From: Azolla caroliniana | Lineage: Eukaryota > Plantae > Polypodiophyta | NCBI GenBank assembly: GCA_043228905.1 | Contig: JBHGNT010000005.1 | Span: 11,036,001-11,100,000 of the forward strand | DNA length: 64,000 bases | Direction of reading: 5' to 3' | Part shown: in pieces, positions 1 to 13,553 of the stretch | Layout: every line of letters begins with the position of its first letter | How positions within the stretch are numbered: the stretch's first letter is position 1 | Notes under the pieces: model-generated | Database searches by the model: none | What the model was told of the DNA's origin: nothing | The model's input: only the letters and a program-made list of their open reading frames with translations | Translations under genes and position numbers: made by a program

Positions 1-17
1 ACACGTATTCTTTTACA

Positions 18-29
18 TGGTATCAGAGC
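18..29 (+). promoter_or_regulatory. PBS of element A (tRNA-iMet)
   Basis: TGGTATCAGAGC immediately after the LTR terminal CA. Confidence 0.93.
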
Positions 30-2577
30 GCGACGGTTAGAAGAACCCTCTACTGGTGACAAAGCGAACCAACATAGAGATGAAGAGTTTCCTTCTGAAC
101 AACAAGAATATGGACAGAGAAGCTCGGTAGGAGCAACTACGCATCTTGGTCATACAAGATGCACCAATACCTGCTAGAACATGGGCACTAGAGTTATGTT
201 GAAGGAGCAAATGATGCAACACCGGATACAATAGATAGGGACTTCCCGACTTGAGAGACGAAAGTACTGCTCCGCGTCCAGTGTTGGAGATCAGTTGCTT
301 AACTACATTTGGGCAAATCTGAAGAACATTTTCGCTGAAATTACGACAACCAAGAAGATACAACTCAGGTAGGAGCTGAGCAAAGTCCGACAGAGAGATA
401 TGTCGGTGGCCAACTATGCCTCCAAGATAAAGGAGATCTGCGACTCTCTTGCTTCTGTCAATGTAACTATGGAAGAAGATGAGATGGTGTAGGTCTGCCT
501 CAGAGGCCTGGCGTCTAGGTTCGGATCATTTCAAACAACGGTCTGCACGAGAGAGAACATGTCGTCGTTCTTCGAGCTACAATCAATGTTGCTCATTGAA
601 GAAAACCACTCGGGTGCGTTGACGAGCACGCAATCGATAGCAAGATGTTGCACATGCCCCGTGGCCGTTGTGGACGAGGTGGGTTGGCACACAATGAAGG
701 AAATTGACAGGAGCAAAACCATTGGCATAATAGGAATGCCGATCGTAGTTCTAGACCCTCCACGAGGAGGGGGAGTCAAGGCGGTGCCGGAAACTGGTGA
801 GGAAAGGTCGCGACAGACTGCTGGTACTGTGGCCGGAAGGGCCACAAAGAGAGTGAGTGCTGGAAGAAGTGTGGTGATTCGAACTGAACTAGATCGAGGC
901 GAGGGGATGTAGATAGGTGTCAAAGATTGCATTACGTTGAAGGCTTAGGGCGAGCTGGAACGAACCCTGCCGTCGTCATGAAGCACAAAGCCAACTCAAT
1001 GGCGGCGAGCACCTCGAAGTTGAACGAGGTGTGGTACGTGGATTCCGGAGCATCGAACCATATGACGAATCACAAGGAGTGGTTCTCGATGCTAGAGAAG
1101 CCGGAAATGCCGAGGGTCGTCAAACTAGCAAGCCGGAACACCCCTCATCCCACTGAATATATCGGAGATGTCCCTTTGAGCAATGTTGCTCAGAGAGGAA
1201 TCATGAGAAATGTCTTGCATGTGCCGAAAATCACCAAGAACTTGGTGTCGGTCGGACAAATTGTCGATCCGGGCATGCAAGTTCGATTTACTCACCTCGA
1301 CTGCTTCATAGAGGAAGGAGGCCGGGTTATTGGGCAAGGGCGTCGAGAAGGGAGGATGTTTATTGTGGAGACGAATGCCGTCAACGTCACTATATTCGCC
1401 AAAGGGCAGAAGGTTGAATAGGACATTGACCTACGGCACAAGTGGTTCGGGGTCGGTCACGTCAACTTCCCGCAACTTCAAGAAATGTAGACAAAGAACA
1501 TCGTTTCCGGTTTGCTGAAGTTTAGTGGTCAGAACGGTCAAGTTTGCAAAGCTTGTCAACTCGGGAAGTAGCATTGACTTCCATTCCCCAAGGAGCATAA
1601 TCAAAGCCGTAACAAGCTTGATTTAATCCATTCAGATGTGTGGGGATTGACATAGAATGTGAGTATCAGTGGGAGTCATTACTTCATAACCTTCACCAAG
1701 GACTACATTCAACACACTTGGGCATGCTTGATCGAGAAGAAAAGCTAAGTCTTCTCCTATTTTCTCAAGGTGAAGAGCCTTGTTGAATGGGAGACCGGAA
1801 GGAAGATCAAGTGACTCAGGACCGATGGTGGAAAGGAGGTGGGAATCCGATGTGAGTTCTCTTGCAAATACACACCGGAGTAAAACGGTGTGGCCGAGCA
1901 AAAGAATCGAATGATAGAGGAAGCGGCACGGGCAATGCTTAAGGAGAAGAAAATTCCCAAGTTCTAGTGGGCCGATGTAGTTAGAACAACCGTATACCTA
2001 CAGAATGAGACATCTGCAGATGGAGGAAAAGTGTTGCTACACGAGTTTTACTTTGGGAAGAAGTTGAACTTGGCACACTTGAGGGTGTTTGGTAGCATAG
2101 CATATGTGCATGTATCTTGATTGGCTACTCGAATGAGGAGAAGGGTTATAAGTGTTATAACCACCGAACAGAAACAAGTCCTAATTAGTTGAGATGTTGT
2201 ATTTGACGAATCGGCTTCGTGGTACCTGGCTCCATATCCAACCTCCATCAACTCCATTCTGAATTCTGAAGATGAGACCAATGAGGCCGTTCCTCTGAAT
2301 GAGGAAGATATTGGCACTCTAGAAGAGAGCCCGATCTCATTCCGGCTAAGTAGGCTGAATGAGAGGCTGAGCCAAAATAGTCATCCGGATGAAGAGTCGG
2401 CGAGTAGCGAAGACTCGGCCGTGTAGTGCCTGCGTCAAAAACCGAGGAGATAGTTTTAACGGAAGGAAAAAGGGAAGATGAAGATGTCAGAGTATGGCAT
2501 AGAGGCTAGCACATCGGATCAGAGTGAATTTGAAGCGGCCCAGAGTGAAGATGAACCTCTGGAAATGAGGTTGCAGT

Positions 2578-2675
2578 TGTCATGAATAGTACTAAAGACG
2601 GAGAGGGAATTAGTACTAGAGGTAGATGAGGATGACTACTATGAGTACTTAAGAGGAGAAGATGGTGTGGAACTC

Positions 2676-2731
<56 letters not shown>

Positions 2732-3040
2732 GGCAATAGAAGATATATATTATAAGGAGAAAGATACAAGAACAACTAGGAGGCTTAAGACTGGTGTTGA
2801 ACAGATTGGTTCGAAATAATGCCTTGTGCCTCTTTTTATAATGTTGTCAGGAGTACCTCTAAAGTTTCTAAAATGTTCTAGAGAAATCTGGAATATACAT
2901 CAATTTTCTATAGTGATATAATAAATGAAAACAATATTCTTTGTATTACAATGTATAGCTTAATTGTAGGGCTTCAACACATGTGACACAAGGTCATGGG
3001 GTCAAATCTTTTTAATGCCATACCATGTTATATCATGACA
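2578..3040. mobile_element. Solo LTR inserted in the INT-RT linker of A
   Basis: Termini TGTCATGA...TCATGACA form an 8-bp inverted repeat. Degenerate 5-bp TSD GCAGT/ACAAT. The flanks join into sequence collinear with copia G (37110-37150). Confidence 0.75.
2678..2727. repeat. (GA)n microsatellite inside the solo LTR
   Basis: Perfect GA dinucleotide run. Confidence 0.97.
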
Positions 3041-4442
3041 ACAATTGGCCAAGAAGGCCCTCAAATCGACAAAACAGAAGTTGTGTTGATCAACCCGCCA
3101 GAAGAACCCCGTCATTCGGTACAGATCAACTATATGGTGCGTGAGTTGGAGAGTTGTGCAGAGGCGACAAAGGATGCGAATTGACATGACGCCATGGAGG
3201 AAGAGATGCACGCATTGTCGGAAAATGAGACTTGGAACTTGGTTGACGCCACCAAGGGTGTGAAGCCGATTGGATGCAATTGGGTGTTAAAGGTCAAGTA
3301 CAATGCCAATGACTCCGTCAACCGGTACAAGACCCGTCTGGTGGCCAAGGTCTATGCACAACAAAATGACATCAATTACAATGAGACGTTTGCACTGGTC
3401 GCGAAGGTGATGATCGTCCGTGTCTTGTTAGCAGTAACTGCTGTAAAGGGATGACATCTACACCAGATGGATGTCAAGAACGCGTTTCTGCAAGGATCGC
3501 TTGAGGAACAAGTATACATGGTGCAACCTCTAAGATTTCAGTTCGGATTGAACTCCTCGGCCGTTTGCCGATTGAATAAGTCCCTCTATGGACTAAAGCA
3601 AGCCCCGCATGCGTAGAACACGAAGATCACGCAACGACTACGTCAAATGGGGTTTTCTCCGTCGAAATTAGACTCTTCGCTCTTCATCCGGCAAGGTCGA
3701 AATGGGCTGGTAAGAATTCTACTTTATGTTGATGATCTAGTCATCGCCGACATCGACCCAGAAGAAATCGGTCGCGTGAAGTCTCTACTAGTGGCATCGT
3801 TTGAGATGAAGGATCTGGGGACCTTCACTACTTCCTCAGGATCGAAGTGATCCATACCCCCCGAAGACATTATGCGTTGAGTATGCTCTTCGAGTTCGGA
3901 ATGAAGGATTGTAAATCCATCGTGACTCCTCTAGATTGAAAAGTGAAGCTTCACCTTGAATCGGGAAAGGTGTGTGACCCAACACGGTTTCGATAGATAG
4001 TCGGAAGCCTAATATACTTGACCATCACCCGACCGGACCTCAGCTACTCGGTCGGTTTGATCAGTCAATTAATGTTACAACCGACGACCGAACACCTTTA
4101 GTACGCATGCATAGGATCATGAGATACATTAACGACACTAAGGATAGGGCGTTGCTGTATCAAAACCGGTGTAGCTAGACAACTTGTCGACTATATGGAG
4201 GCCGACTGGGCTGGAAATGTTGGCAATCATTGATCGACTTCTGGATATACTTTATCCTTGGGAAGTACAACGATTTCATGGAGCAAAAAGATGTAGCCGA
4301 CAATAGCACTGTCGAGTACTGAAGCCGAATACCAAGGAGCGGTTGTTGCGACATGCAAAGGCATATGGCTCAAGAGGCTATTAAGGGATCTGCAGATGGA
4401 GGTGTCCGAGCCGACAGTGATATACTGTGACAACCTTAGTAG

Positions 4443-5056
4443 TGTTGAGAAACAAATCATCAATCCACAAGAAAAGGAATATGCTGAAAATGCACAACTT
4501 TGAAACACAGAAAACAATGTAGAATGATTTAACGTGGAAAACCCTAAAGTGGGAGAAAAACCATAGAGAACAAAGCTTCACTATATAGTGGATATACAAC
4601 AACAAGATCGGAGTACAACACTCTCTACACAGAGTGTAAATAGCCTCCAAGGACTCTTGGCGTATGCTGTTCTGATCATAGCTATGGTGCCGCTCACTCT
4701 CTCTCCCCTCTCGTTCACACTCTTCTCTATCGCTAACTGTTCTGTTTGCCCTAGGTGTGTTTATACTAATACACAGAATGGGCTATTTACAATCATGGCC
4801 ATTATTATTATCCAATAATAACAACAACAACAATAATAATAATAGTCTTACTAATAAATCGATTCATTCGTCGACTGTCGGGTCGGTCCGAGTGGTCGGC
4901 CCGACTAGCCAGTCGTGTCTTCGACCTCGATCAACTCTCTCTAAGTCGACTCCTCAACTATCAGCTCTTATCCGATGAGTCGGCTGCTCCTTGTCTTCGG
5001 TTGTCGGCTCTTTCCGAGCAGTCGGCTCCTCCCACTAGAGGGACATATTCCTAACA
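4443..5056 (-). repeat. 3' LTR of B
   Basis: TGTTGAG...CTAACA on the + strand. Matches the split 5' LTR and contains an (AAC/AAT)n tract. Confidence 0.92.
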
Positions 5057-6927
5057 AACTCCCCCTTCACTCCTGTGGGGAGGAGTTTGTTATTCCTGTC
5101 CTCTATCGACAGACTCTACGTCGGTCCATCGTAAGGTTCTTTGTCAACATGTTGGAACCATTGTCGACAGTATGGATCTTCACGAGGGTAAACTCTCCTT
5201 CTTCAACTTTCTCCCGTAACCAGTGATACCTTCTCTGTATGTGCTTGGTCCGGGAGTGGTATGCAACATTCTTGGCTAGATTTATGGCACTCTTGTTGTC
5301 ACAATGAAGCAATAAATCCCTTTGCTTCATCCCCAACTCGCGGAGAAATTTTCTCATCCAAAACAACTCCTTGCCGGCCTCTACCACTGCCATGTACTCT
5401 ACCTCTATGGTTGACAAAGCCACAGACTTTTGTAGTCGAGACTGCCACGACACTGCTCCCGTTGCATAGGTCATCACGTACCTTGACATGGATCGGCTTG
5501 AGTCTACATCTCCTGACATGTCCGAGCCGGTAAACCCTTCGAGCATGGGTTTCCCAACACCATACTTAAGACACACAGCCGGAGTGCCTTTTAATTACCT
5601 GAGTATCCATTTCACTTGTACCTAGTGTTCTTGTCATGGATTACTCATGTATTGGCTTACTATTCCCACAACAAATGCTATGTCTAGTCTCATACAGAGT
5701 GTAACATACATTAAGCTACTGACGGCTGAAGCATACGGTACTTTCTTCATCTCAACCTTTTTTTTCTCCCCACTCGGGCATTGCTTTGCATTTAGCTTGT
5801 AGTTAGTCGGTAACACGGAGCCGACCGGCGTTGCTTCCGTCATGTTGAATCTTTCTAGGATCTTAGTCACGTATTTCTCTTGTGACAACCACAACACTTT
5901 CTTAGTTCTATCTCGAACTATGTGCATCCCTAAGATCTATTTAGCCGGTCCAAGATCTTTCATGGCAAACGATTTCCCTAGACCTTTCTTCAAGCTTCCG
6001 ATCTTCCTTGTATCTTGACCGACTATCAACATGTCATCTACATATTATAGCAAGAGAATCAAGAAGTCACCTTCGTCGTACCTCTTGACGAACACATGGT
6101 GATCAACCTATGTTTTTTGGAACCTATGTTCCACCATGAAGGACTCGAACTTCTTGTACCATTGGCATGGAGCTTGTTTCAACCCATACAAGCTTTTCTT
6201 CAATTGACACACCAGGTTCTCTTTCCCTTCCTCCTCAAAACCTTTAGGTTGCTGCATGTAAATCTCTTCATCCAACTCCTTGTGCAAGAATGTTGGCTTG
6301 ACATCCAATTGTTCGATCTCTAGATCCATACTCGCAGCTATGCTCAGAACAGTTCTAATGGATGTCATCTTCACGACTGGGGCGAATATTTCGTCGAAGT
6401 CAACACCCTTTTTCTGTTGGAACCCCTTGACCACAATGCGAGCTTTATACCTAGGCGCGTTTTCAACTTCTCTAGTCTTCACCTTGTAGACCCATTTGTT
6501 CCTAAGTGCTCTCTTCCCTTTCGGCAGCTCTACTAGGTCGTAGGTATAATTCTTGTGCAAAGAATCTATCTCATCTGTCAAGATTCGAACTCTTGACACG
6601 ACCATGTTATAATCTAGTATCATGGGTTAACCAATATATCTAGTACACAATTATGTATTTAATTGGTCCTTATAATTTTGCTAGCATCATGTGCATAGTT
6701 TCTCCCTTGTAGTATTTACACTTGGCACATGCATGCATACCTACATGCTCTATTGTAGATTCACATGCGTGCAACACGTATGCATGCCATGTAGTATAAA
6801 TAGAGGAGTTCACCTTGAAGGAATGCAAGGTGAACAACACCAGTTATGGAGTCTTTCCGTTAATACTACTCATCCATTTGTCTATCTTCTTTCTTGTCTC
6901 TTGAGCTTATGATCTTTCCGTGACAGT

Positions 6928-6938
6928 TTGTTCACCTT
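6928..6938 (+). promoter_or_regulatory. Self-priming PBS of C
   Basis: TTGTTCACCTT is the exact complement of AAGGTGAACAA (6827-6837), which starts 32 nt after the start of TATAAATA (6795). No TGG-type tRNA PBS is present. Confidence 0.8.
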
Positions 6939-9900
6939 CCCATCCTCATAGCTCTCCCTCTCATAAGCCATAGCTATGTCCGACTCAACTAGTGAGTTAG
7001 ACCAAATAATGGTAGCCTTACGACAACTCTAGCTTGAAAATGAAGCTCCTCAAAATTCTTTACAAGAACTTCAAGTCAGTGCCTCCCTATCCTGACAACC
7101 CCCGAAGCCTAGTCTGCCACAACAACCTAGCCTAGAGCCCGATCTTCTACCAACATCTAGCCTAGCTCCGTCGCATTTTCTTGAGCCTAAGGTTAGCCTC
7201 CTAGAAAAAATTGATGGAACGAGGTCACGCTTCCGAGGGTTCATCAACCAAGTTCGACTTATCATTCGGCTACAACCTCAACGTTATGGAGATGGTCTTT
7301 GACAAGTCGGCCTTGTGGGCACCCTTCTCTCCGGTCCGGCCCAAGCTTGGTTTGTACCATTGGTAGAAACCTCTTCACCTCTATTGGAGGACTTTCCCGC
7401 CTTCCTTGCCGAGTTAGAGGCCACATTTGGAGAGACGGACCGAAGATGTACAACTCTTAACAAGATTTATGCACTTGAACAAGGTTCGCGTGCAGCTTCG
7501 ATCTATGCTTCAGAATTTCGACAACTAGCATGCGACGTCAATTGGGATGATCAAGCTTTAGTTGATCACTTTCGGCGTGGCCTTCGAAGCAATGTTAAGA
7601 ATCTTCTCTTAAACTTTCCGGAGCCCACCTCGTTATCCCAAGAGATTTCACAAGTAGTCCATTGTGACAATCGTCTTTTCGAATTTCGCCAGGAAGAGCA
7701 CCAAACTTGGGTTCCACCTCATTCACTTCCACGACACGCCCCGGTCATACAATCCCAACCATCCCCCCCACCAACTGTGTCACACTCCCCTACTTTCGCA
7801 GATGCTCCTGTCCCCATGGAAATTGATCAAGCCTGATTTCGGCCATTGACTAATACCGAATGACAATTTCGGCGGGCTAATGGCTTGTGCATGTATTGTG
7901 GCGCCTCCGGTCCTGTCGTTCACCATTGTCCTAGGAGTAATCGCCCCCAAATCCATCGAGCTAACGGACCCCAACATCCGGAAAACGACATCGTTCGGTT
8001 GCAGTAGTTGCCATGCAACTGGACATCTCCCCTCGCCCACATTCTCTTGGTTCCATTGCCGGACCATCAGGAAATTTCACATTGGAGGTATGGCTTTCAT
8101 TTAACTCTAGTTCCATTTAGTCTGTTGCTTTACTTGATTCTGGGGCATCTTCTTGCTTCATCGACATCGCGTTTGCCCAAGCACATGGCGTACCTGTCGT
8201 TGGCCTCTTAAAACCCATTCTCGTTGAAGCCATCGACGGGTACGTCCTCTCGTTAGGTGCAATTACTCAACTACAATACCATTAGGGCTTTGTGTGGGCT
8301 CACACCAGGAGGAGCTCGCCGTTTACATCATCGCATCTCCTCGACATCCGATCGTCTTAGGACTAACGTGGTTGGAGGCGCACAATCCAATAGTGGATTG
8401 GTGCAACCGCTCGATCACATTTAGCAAGCCAAGATGCTCATGCAAAAGTATGAAGGTAAATTCACTTTCCCATCCTTCGGAAAAGGTCGATTCCGATTTG
8501 ACTACCCCATCATCGGTCCAAGATGGGTTTGTTTGTGGCGCCATTTCTAACACACTCCATGTTATTCCCGACAAATACCAATACTTCTCCGACGTATTTG
8601 AAAAATGTAATGCTGATCGTTTGCCTAAACACCGGCTCTATGACTGTCCGATTGATCTTCAAGAAGGTGCGTGTCCACCCTTTGGTCCTCTATATGCGTT
8701 GTGTGCACCAGAGTTGAAGGCCCTTCGTGTGTATCTCGATGAGAACCTCGAGAAAGGATTTATTTAACCTTCTAAGTCACCAGCCGGGGCCCCCATTTTA
8801 TTTGTGAAGAAGAAGGACGGCTCTCTACGCTTATGCGTCAACTACCGAGGTCTCAACAAACTCACTGTGCGCAACCGTTATCCGCTACCTCTGATCCCCG
8901 AACTCCTTGATCGGCTCCGATTTGCGCGTGTCTTCTCCAAAGTTGATCTGCGTGGAGCGTACAATCTAGTACGCATCAAGGCGGGGGATGAATGGAAAAC
9001 CGTATTTCAAACACGGGATGGGCATTTCGAATACAAGGTAATGCCTTTTGGTCTTACTAACGCTCCAACAGTTTTTCAACATATGATGAACGATATATTC
9101 CGGGAATATCTTGATCATTTTGTTGTCATTTACCTCGATGATATTGTCATTTTCTCGCCAAACATGGAGGAGCACACTCGCCAAGTATGATTAGTTTTTG
9201 CTAAACTTCGCAAACATGGCCTTTATGCCAAAGGCGAGAAATACGAGTTTGATCGTACCTCGATCGAATTTCTGGGCTACATCATCTCGCCCACTAGCAT
9301 CACCATGGATATGAAGTAGGTCTCTGTCATTCAGGCGTGGGGGATTCCAAGGAGACTTAAAGATGTGCAATCCTTCCTTAGCTTTGCGAATTTTTACTGT
9401 CGCTTCATCAAGGGGTTTCCCACCCTAGCACAACCTCTTATAGCTCTCACCCATAAAGGTCCTCCATTTTTATGAACCTCGGAGGCGCAAAATGTGTTCG
9501 ACTCACTCAAACACGCATTCATCACTACCCTGGTGCAGCTACATGCCGACCCCACAAAACCCTTCCAAGTCGAAACTGATGCCTCTAACTTCACCATAGG
9601 TGCCATCTTATCCTAGGCAGACGACACCAACCTAATACACCCAGTGGCTTACAGCTCCCGGAAATTCATGGCATCCAAAATCAATTATCCCATATACGAC
9701 AAGGAGCTTGCGGCTATCATTGCTGCATTTGAAGAATGGTGACCCTACTTGGCCGGCACACAACATCGTGTCCAGGTAGTGACTGATCATAAAAATTTAG
9801 TTTATTTTTCCACCACTTGTACTTTGAATCGAAGGCCGGCCCGTTGGTTGACATTTCTCGCCAACTACGATTTTGAGATCATATTTCGACCTGGTGACCA

Positions 9901-10911
9901 ACATGGGAAGGCCGATGCCCTTTCTCGCCAACCTGACCTTGCACTCCGCCCTCGGGATGATGCTTATGCTCAACAATCTAGAAGTTTGTTGAAACCCGAC
10001 CAATTGCATCTTTTTGGCACTTGTATGTTGCAGGATGATTCATTACTCCAACAGATCATTGATGCATCCAAGACCGATGCGTTCGCCAACGAGATTCGAG
10101 ATAGTCTACAAAACCCCTCCAAGGCGACCAAAAGGAAGGATCTTGACACCTTCACCATACAAGAGGGTTTGATGTTCCGAGATCATCTCTTATACGTCCC
10201 AGAGGGCCCATGTCGCACCCGGGTGTTGCGAGAATGCCACGATGACCCACTTGCAGGTCATTTCAGGGTCACGAAAACCCTCGAGCTAATCTCTCGGGGG
10301 TATTGGTAGCCACAACCATGGAAGTTGGTCAAAGAATACATAAAGAGTTGTGAGGTTTGTGCTCGCTCCAAAGCAATTCATCATCGGCCATACGGCTTAC
10401 TACAACCACTTCCATGTCCTCGTCATCCCTGGGCCTCTATCTTTATGGACCTGATAATTGATCTGCCCTTGGTCAATAGCTATGACTCGGTGTTGGTCGT
10501 TGTCGATCGGTTTACGAAGATGGCTCACTTCACTCCATGCTCCAAAACCATTTCTGGAGAAGGAATGGTGCATCTACTACTCAACAATGTGGTACGCTTG
10601 CATGGACTCCCCAATGATGTCATCTCCGATCGCGGACCCCAGTTTGTCTCTCACTTTTGGCAGCGCCTGCTACAAACTTTAGGCATCTCTGTCAAGTTGT
10701 CATCCGCTTATCACCCCCAAACTGACGGGCAAATGGAGCGTGTCAACCAAATCCTTGAGCAGTATCTTCAGTGCTCTGTTAGTTACCAACAAGATGATTG
10801 GGTCAACTTACTTTTGCTTGCGTAATTCGCCTACAATAATTCTCTCCATGCATCGATTGGCGTCACTCCCTTCTTTGCCAACTATGGTTTACATCCTCGC
10901 TTCAACATTTC

Positions 10912-13379
10912 TATAGAAAGTAGCGTGCGGAAGCAGGTATGAAGACAGAACAGAGTAAGGAAACACAGGTTTAATGGAGAGCTTAAGCTTACACAATATA
11001 CGCAGGAGAGACAGAGAGAGAGAACACAAAAAACTATATTTTACAATAATACTCAATCTCTATACATAAGACGTGCTCAGTGAGCACTTTTATACAAGTC
11101 CTAAAAGGACTGACCGAAGTACTGACAGTACTTTAATGCTCATCAAGAGCCCCTACACTAACTCCCAAATATATTCCTCACGGAATATCTTTCCTAACGA
11201 CCTCCCGGTTTACGCACTCGGCCTAACCGATCGGTCCCAACCGATCCGGTCCTCGGCTTCTTCAGCCGATCTGGCCGATGTTGAGCTTGTCTCTCAACAC
11301 TCCCCCTCAACCTCAACTTGAGGCTCTTCAGGATCTTCACAGCACCGGTTCCTCCTAGCTTCACGCCTCGCTCGCGCTCCTCGACCTGTTCGAGTCCGCG
11401 CGCTTCGACCCTTCCGGTCGGCTTGTCTGGTCATGCGGCCCTTATCAGCTCTTCTGTTGTTGCGGTGTTGACGCTTCTTCTGCTGCCTTTTCTTCCGCTT
11501 GGGCCTCGGTTGATTCAGCGTGTCTGAATCAAACATCCGAACCGACTCGGCTACCTCCGATCGGTCTTCGCTCTCGTCCGAGTTGGTTGTCTCCAACTCG
11601 TCTTCGGTCTTCTCACCCTCGATGGCGTTATCTTCCCCATGCATGGTTGGCATCGGATCTCTCCTTCGGTTGCTCCCCTTCTGTCTGCTTCCGAACTTTT
11701 CCGCGGGTCCGCCCTCGGCTTCTTCAGCCGATCCGAAGTCGCCTTCGGCTTTTTCAGCCGATCCGTCTTCAACCGAGTCAACCGACTCGAACTCGGTGTC
11801 GCGGTCTCCACTCCTTTCCTGCTGACTTGCTTGGTCATTCGGGACTGTTCTCCCCCTCAAGTTCGGCACGTCAAGGTGACGCAACCCGAGCGCACCTGAG
11901 AATTGCCGCAACTTGTCTAGACCAAGCGGCTTGGTGAAGATGTCGGCAGCTTGCCGATCCGTCGGAACGTACTGAAGTACGACTTCACCGGAAAGGACAC
12001 GCTCACGGACGAAATGGTAATGCACCTCAATGTGGTTGGTCCGTGTGTGGAAAACAGGGTTTTTCGCGAGCTGGATGCTGCTGAGGTTGTCGCAGTAGAT
12101 CGTCGTCGGATCGGACACCTCTTGCAGGTCCTTAAGTAGCCGCTTCAACCAGATGGCTTTGCACGTCGCGACAACCGCTCCTCGGTACTCCGCTTCGGTG
12201 CTCGACAGTGCAACTGTCGGCTGCTTCTTACTGCTCCACGCGATCGCGACACTCCCGAGGGAGAATGCGTATCCAGACGTGGATCGGCGATCGGCGGCAT
12301 TGCCAGCCCAATCAGCATCGGTGTAGCCGACTAACCACGTGGCTGCACCGGTCCGATATAGTAGTCCCCGGTCCTTAGTGCCGTTGACATACCGAAGTAT
12401 GCGTTGCGTGCACTGAAGGTGCTCCTCGGTAGGTCGCGCCATGAACTGACTGATCACCCCGACCGGATAACTGAGGTCGGGTCGGGTGATGGTCAAGTAT
12501 ATGAGGCTTCTGACAATTTGTCGGAACCTCGTCGGGTCGCATACCTTTCCCGTATCGGGACGAAGCTTGACGGTTCTGTCCAGAGGAGTCGAGACGGACT
12601 TACAGTCAGCCATCCCGAGCTTGAAGAGCATACTCAGCACGTAGTGACGTTGGTTGATCAATATGCCTTCGGGGGTATGGATCACTTCGATCCCGAGGAA
12701 GTAATGAAGGTTCCCCAGATCCTTCATGTCGAACGATGCCGCAAGCTGGAGCTTCACGCGGTCGATTTCACCTAAGTCGGCGCCGGTGATGACCAAGTCA
12801 TCAACATATAGTAAAATACTAACCGGTCCAAGTTGACCTTTCCGGATGAACAGGGAAGAGTCCGATTTTGACGTGACGAAGCCCATCCGACGCATTTGTT
12901 GTGTGATCTTCGCGTTCCAAGCACGCGGGGCTTGCTTCAATCCGTAAAGGGACTTCTTCAGTCGGCATACTGCCGAGGAGTTCGTTCCGGAGTGAAATCC
13001 CGGGGGCTGTACCATGTACACTTGTTCCTCAAGGTCACCTTGCAGGAACGCATTCTTTACATCCATCTTTACACGGCATACGCAGGAGAGACAGAGAGAG
13101 AGAACACAAAAAACTATATTTCACAATAATACTCAATCTCTATACATAAGACGTGCTCAGTGAGCACTTTTATACAAGTCCTAAAAGGACTGACCGAAGT
13201 ACTGACAGTACTTCAATGCTCATCAAGAGCCCCTACACTAACTCCCAAATATATTCCTCACGGAATATCTTTCCTAACGACCTCCCGGTTTACGCACTCG
13301 GCCTAACCGATCGGTCCCAACCGATCCGGTCCTCGGCTTCTTCAGCCGATCTGGCCGATGTTGAGCTTGTCTCTCAACA
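10912..13379 (-). mobile_element. Internally deleted young Ty1/copia element E, inserted in the integrase of C
   Basis: Perfect TSD ATTTC (10907-10911 and 13380-13384). 3' LTR 10912-11299. Truncated 5' LTR ~13069-13379 is nearly identical. PPT rc at 11300-11310. Confidence 0.93.
11294..13066 (-). CDS. copia RT-RNase H fragment with a long acidic/basic C-terminal extension (element E)
   Basis: Uninterrupted 590-aa ORF with [22 protein letters not shown] and IEVHYHFVRE, then ~190 extra codons running to the PPT/LTR. Confidence 0.85.
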   Translation of the reverse strand: MDVKNAFLQGDLEEQVYMVQPPGFHSGTNSSAVCRLKKSLYGLKQAPRAWNAKITQQMRRMGFVTSKSDSSLFIRKGQLGPVSILLYVDDLVITGADLGEIDRVKLQLAASFDMKDLGNLHYFLGIEVIHTPEGILINQRHYVLSMLFKLGMADCKSVSTPLDRTVKLRPDTGKVCDPTRFRQIVRSLIYLTITRPDLSYPVGVISQFMARPTEEHLQCTQRILRYVNGTKDRGLLYRTGAATWLVGYTDADWAGNAADRRSTSGYAFSLGSVAIAWSSKKQPTVALSSTEAEYRGAVVATCKAIWLKRLLKDLQEVSDPTTIYCDNLSSIQLAKNPVFHTRTNHIEVHYHFVRERVLSGEVVLQYVPTDRQAADIFTKPLGLDKLRQFSGALGLRHLDVPNLRGRTVPNDQASQQERSGDRDTEFESVDSVEDGSAEKAEGDFGSAEEAEGGPAEKFGSRQKGSNRRRDPMPTMHGEDNAIEGEKTEDELETTNSDESEDRSEVAESVRMFDSDTLNQPRPKRKKRQQKKRQHRNNRRADKGRMTRQADRKGRSARTRTGRGARARREARRNRCCEDPEEPQVEVEGEC

Positions 13380-13553
13380 ATTTCCCTTCCTACCACTTCC
13401 GTGAACCCTTCGGCGGAGGCTCATGCTCGCATTTTGGAATAACTACATCATGATTTATCCTTGGAGCTTAGTCTTGCTAGTGAACGATACAAGAAGCAGG
13501 CTGATCGCCATCGATCTGCCACTCCACACTTTGTCGTTGGAGACATGGTCTAG

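Larger units (their letters stand above)
76..4442 (+). pseudogene. copia A gag-pol relic (gag, PR, INT, RT, start of RNase H); start approximate
   Basis: ORF pieces 927-1421 (protease), 3194-3454 (RT, YKTRLVAK) and 3647-3850 (LYVDD). Many stops and frameshifts. Confidence 0.9.
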
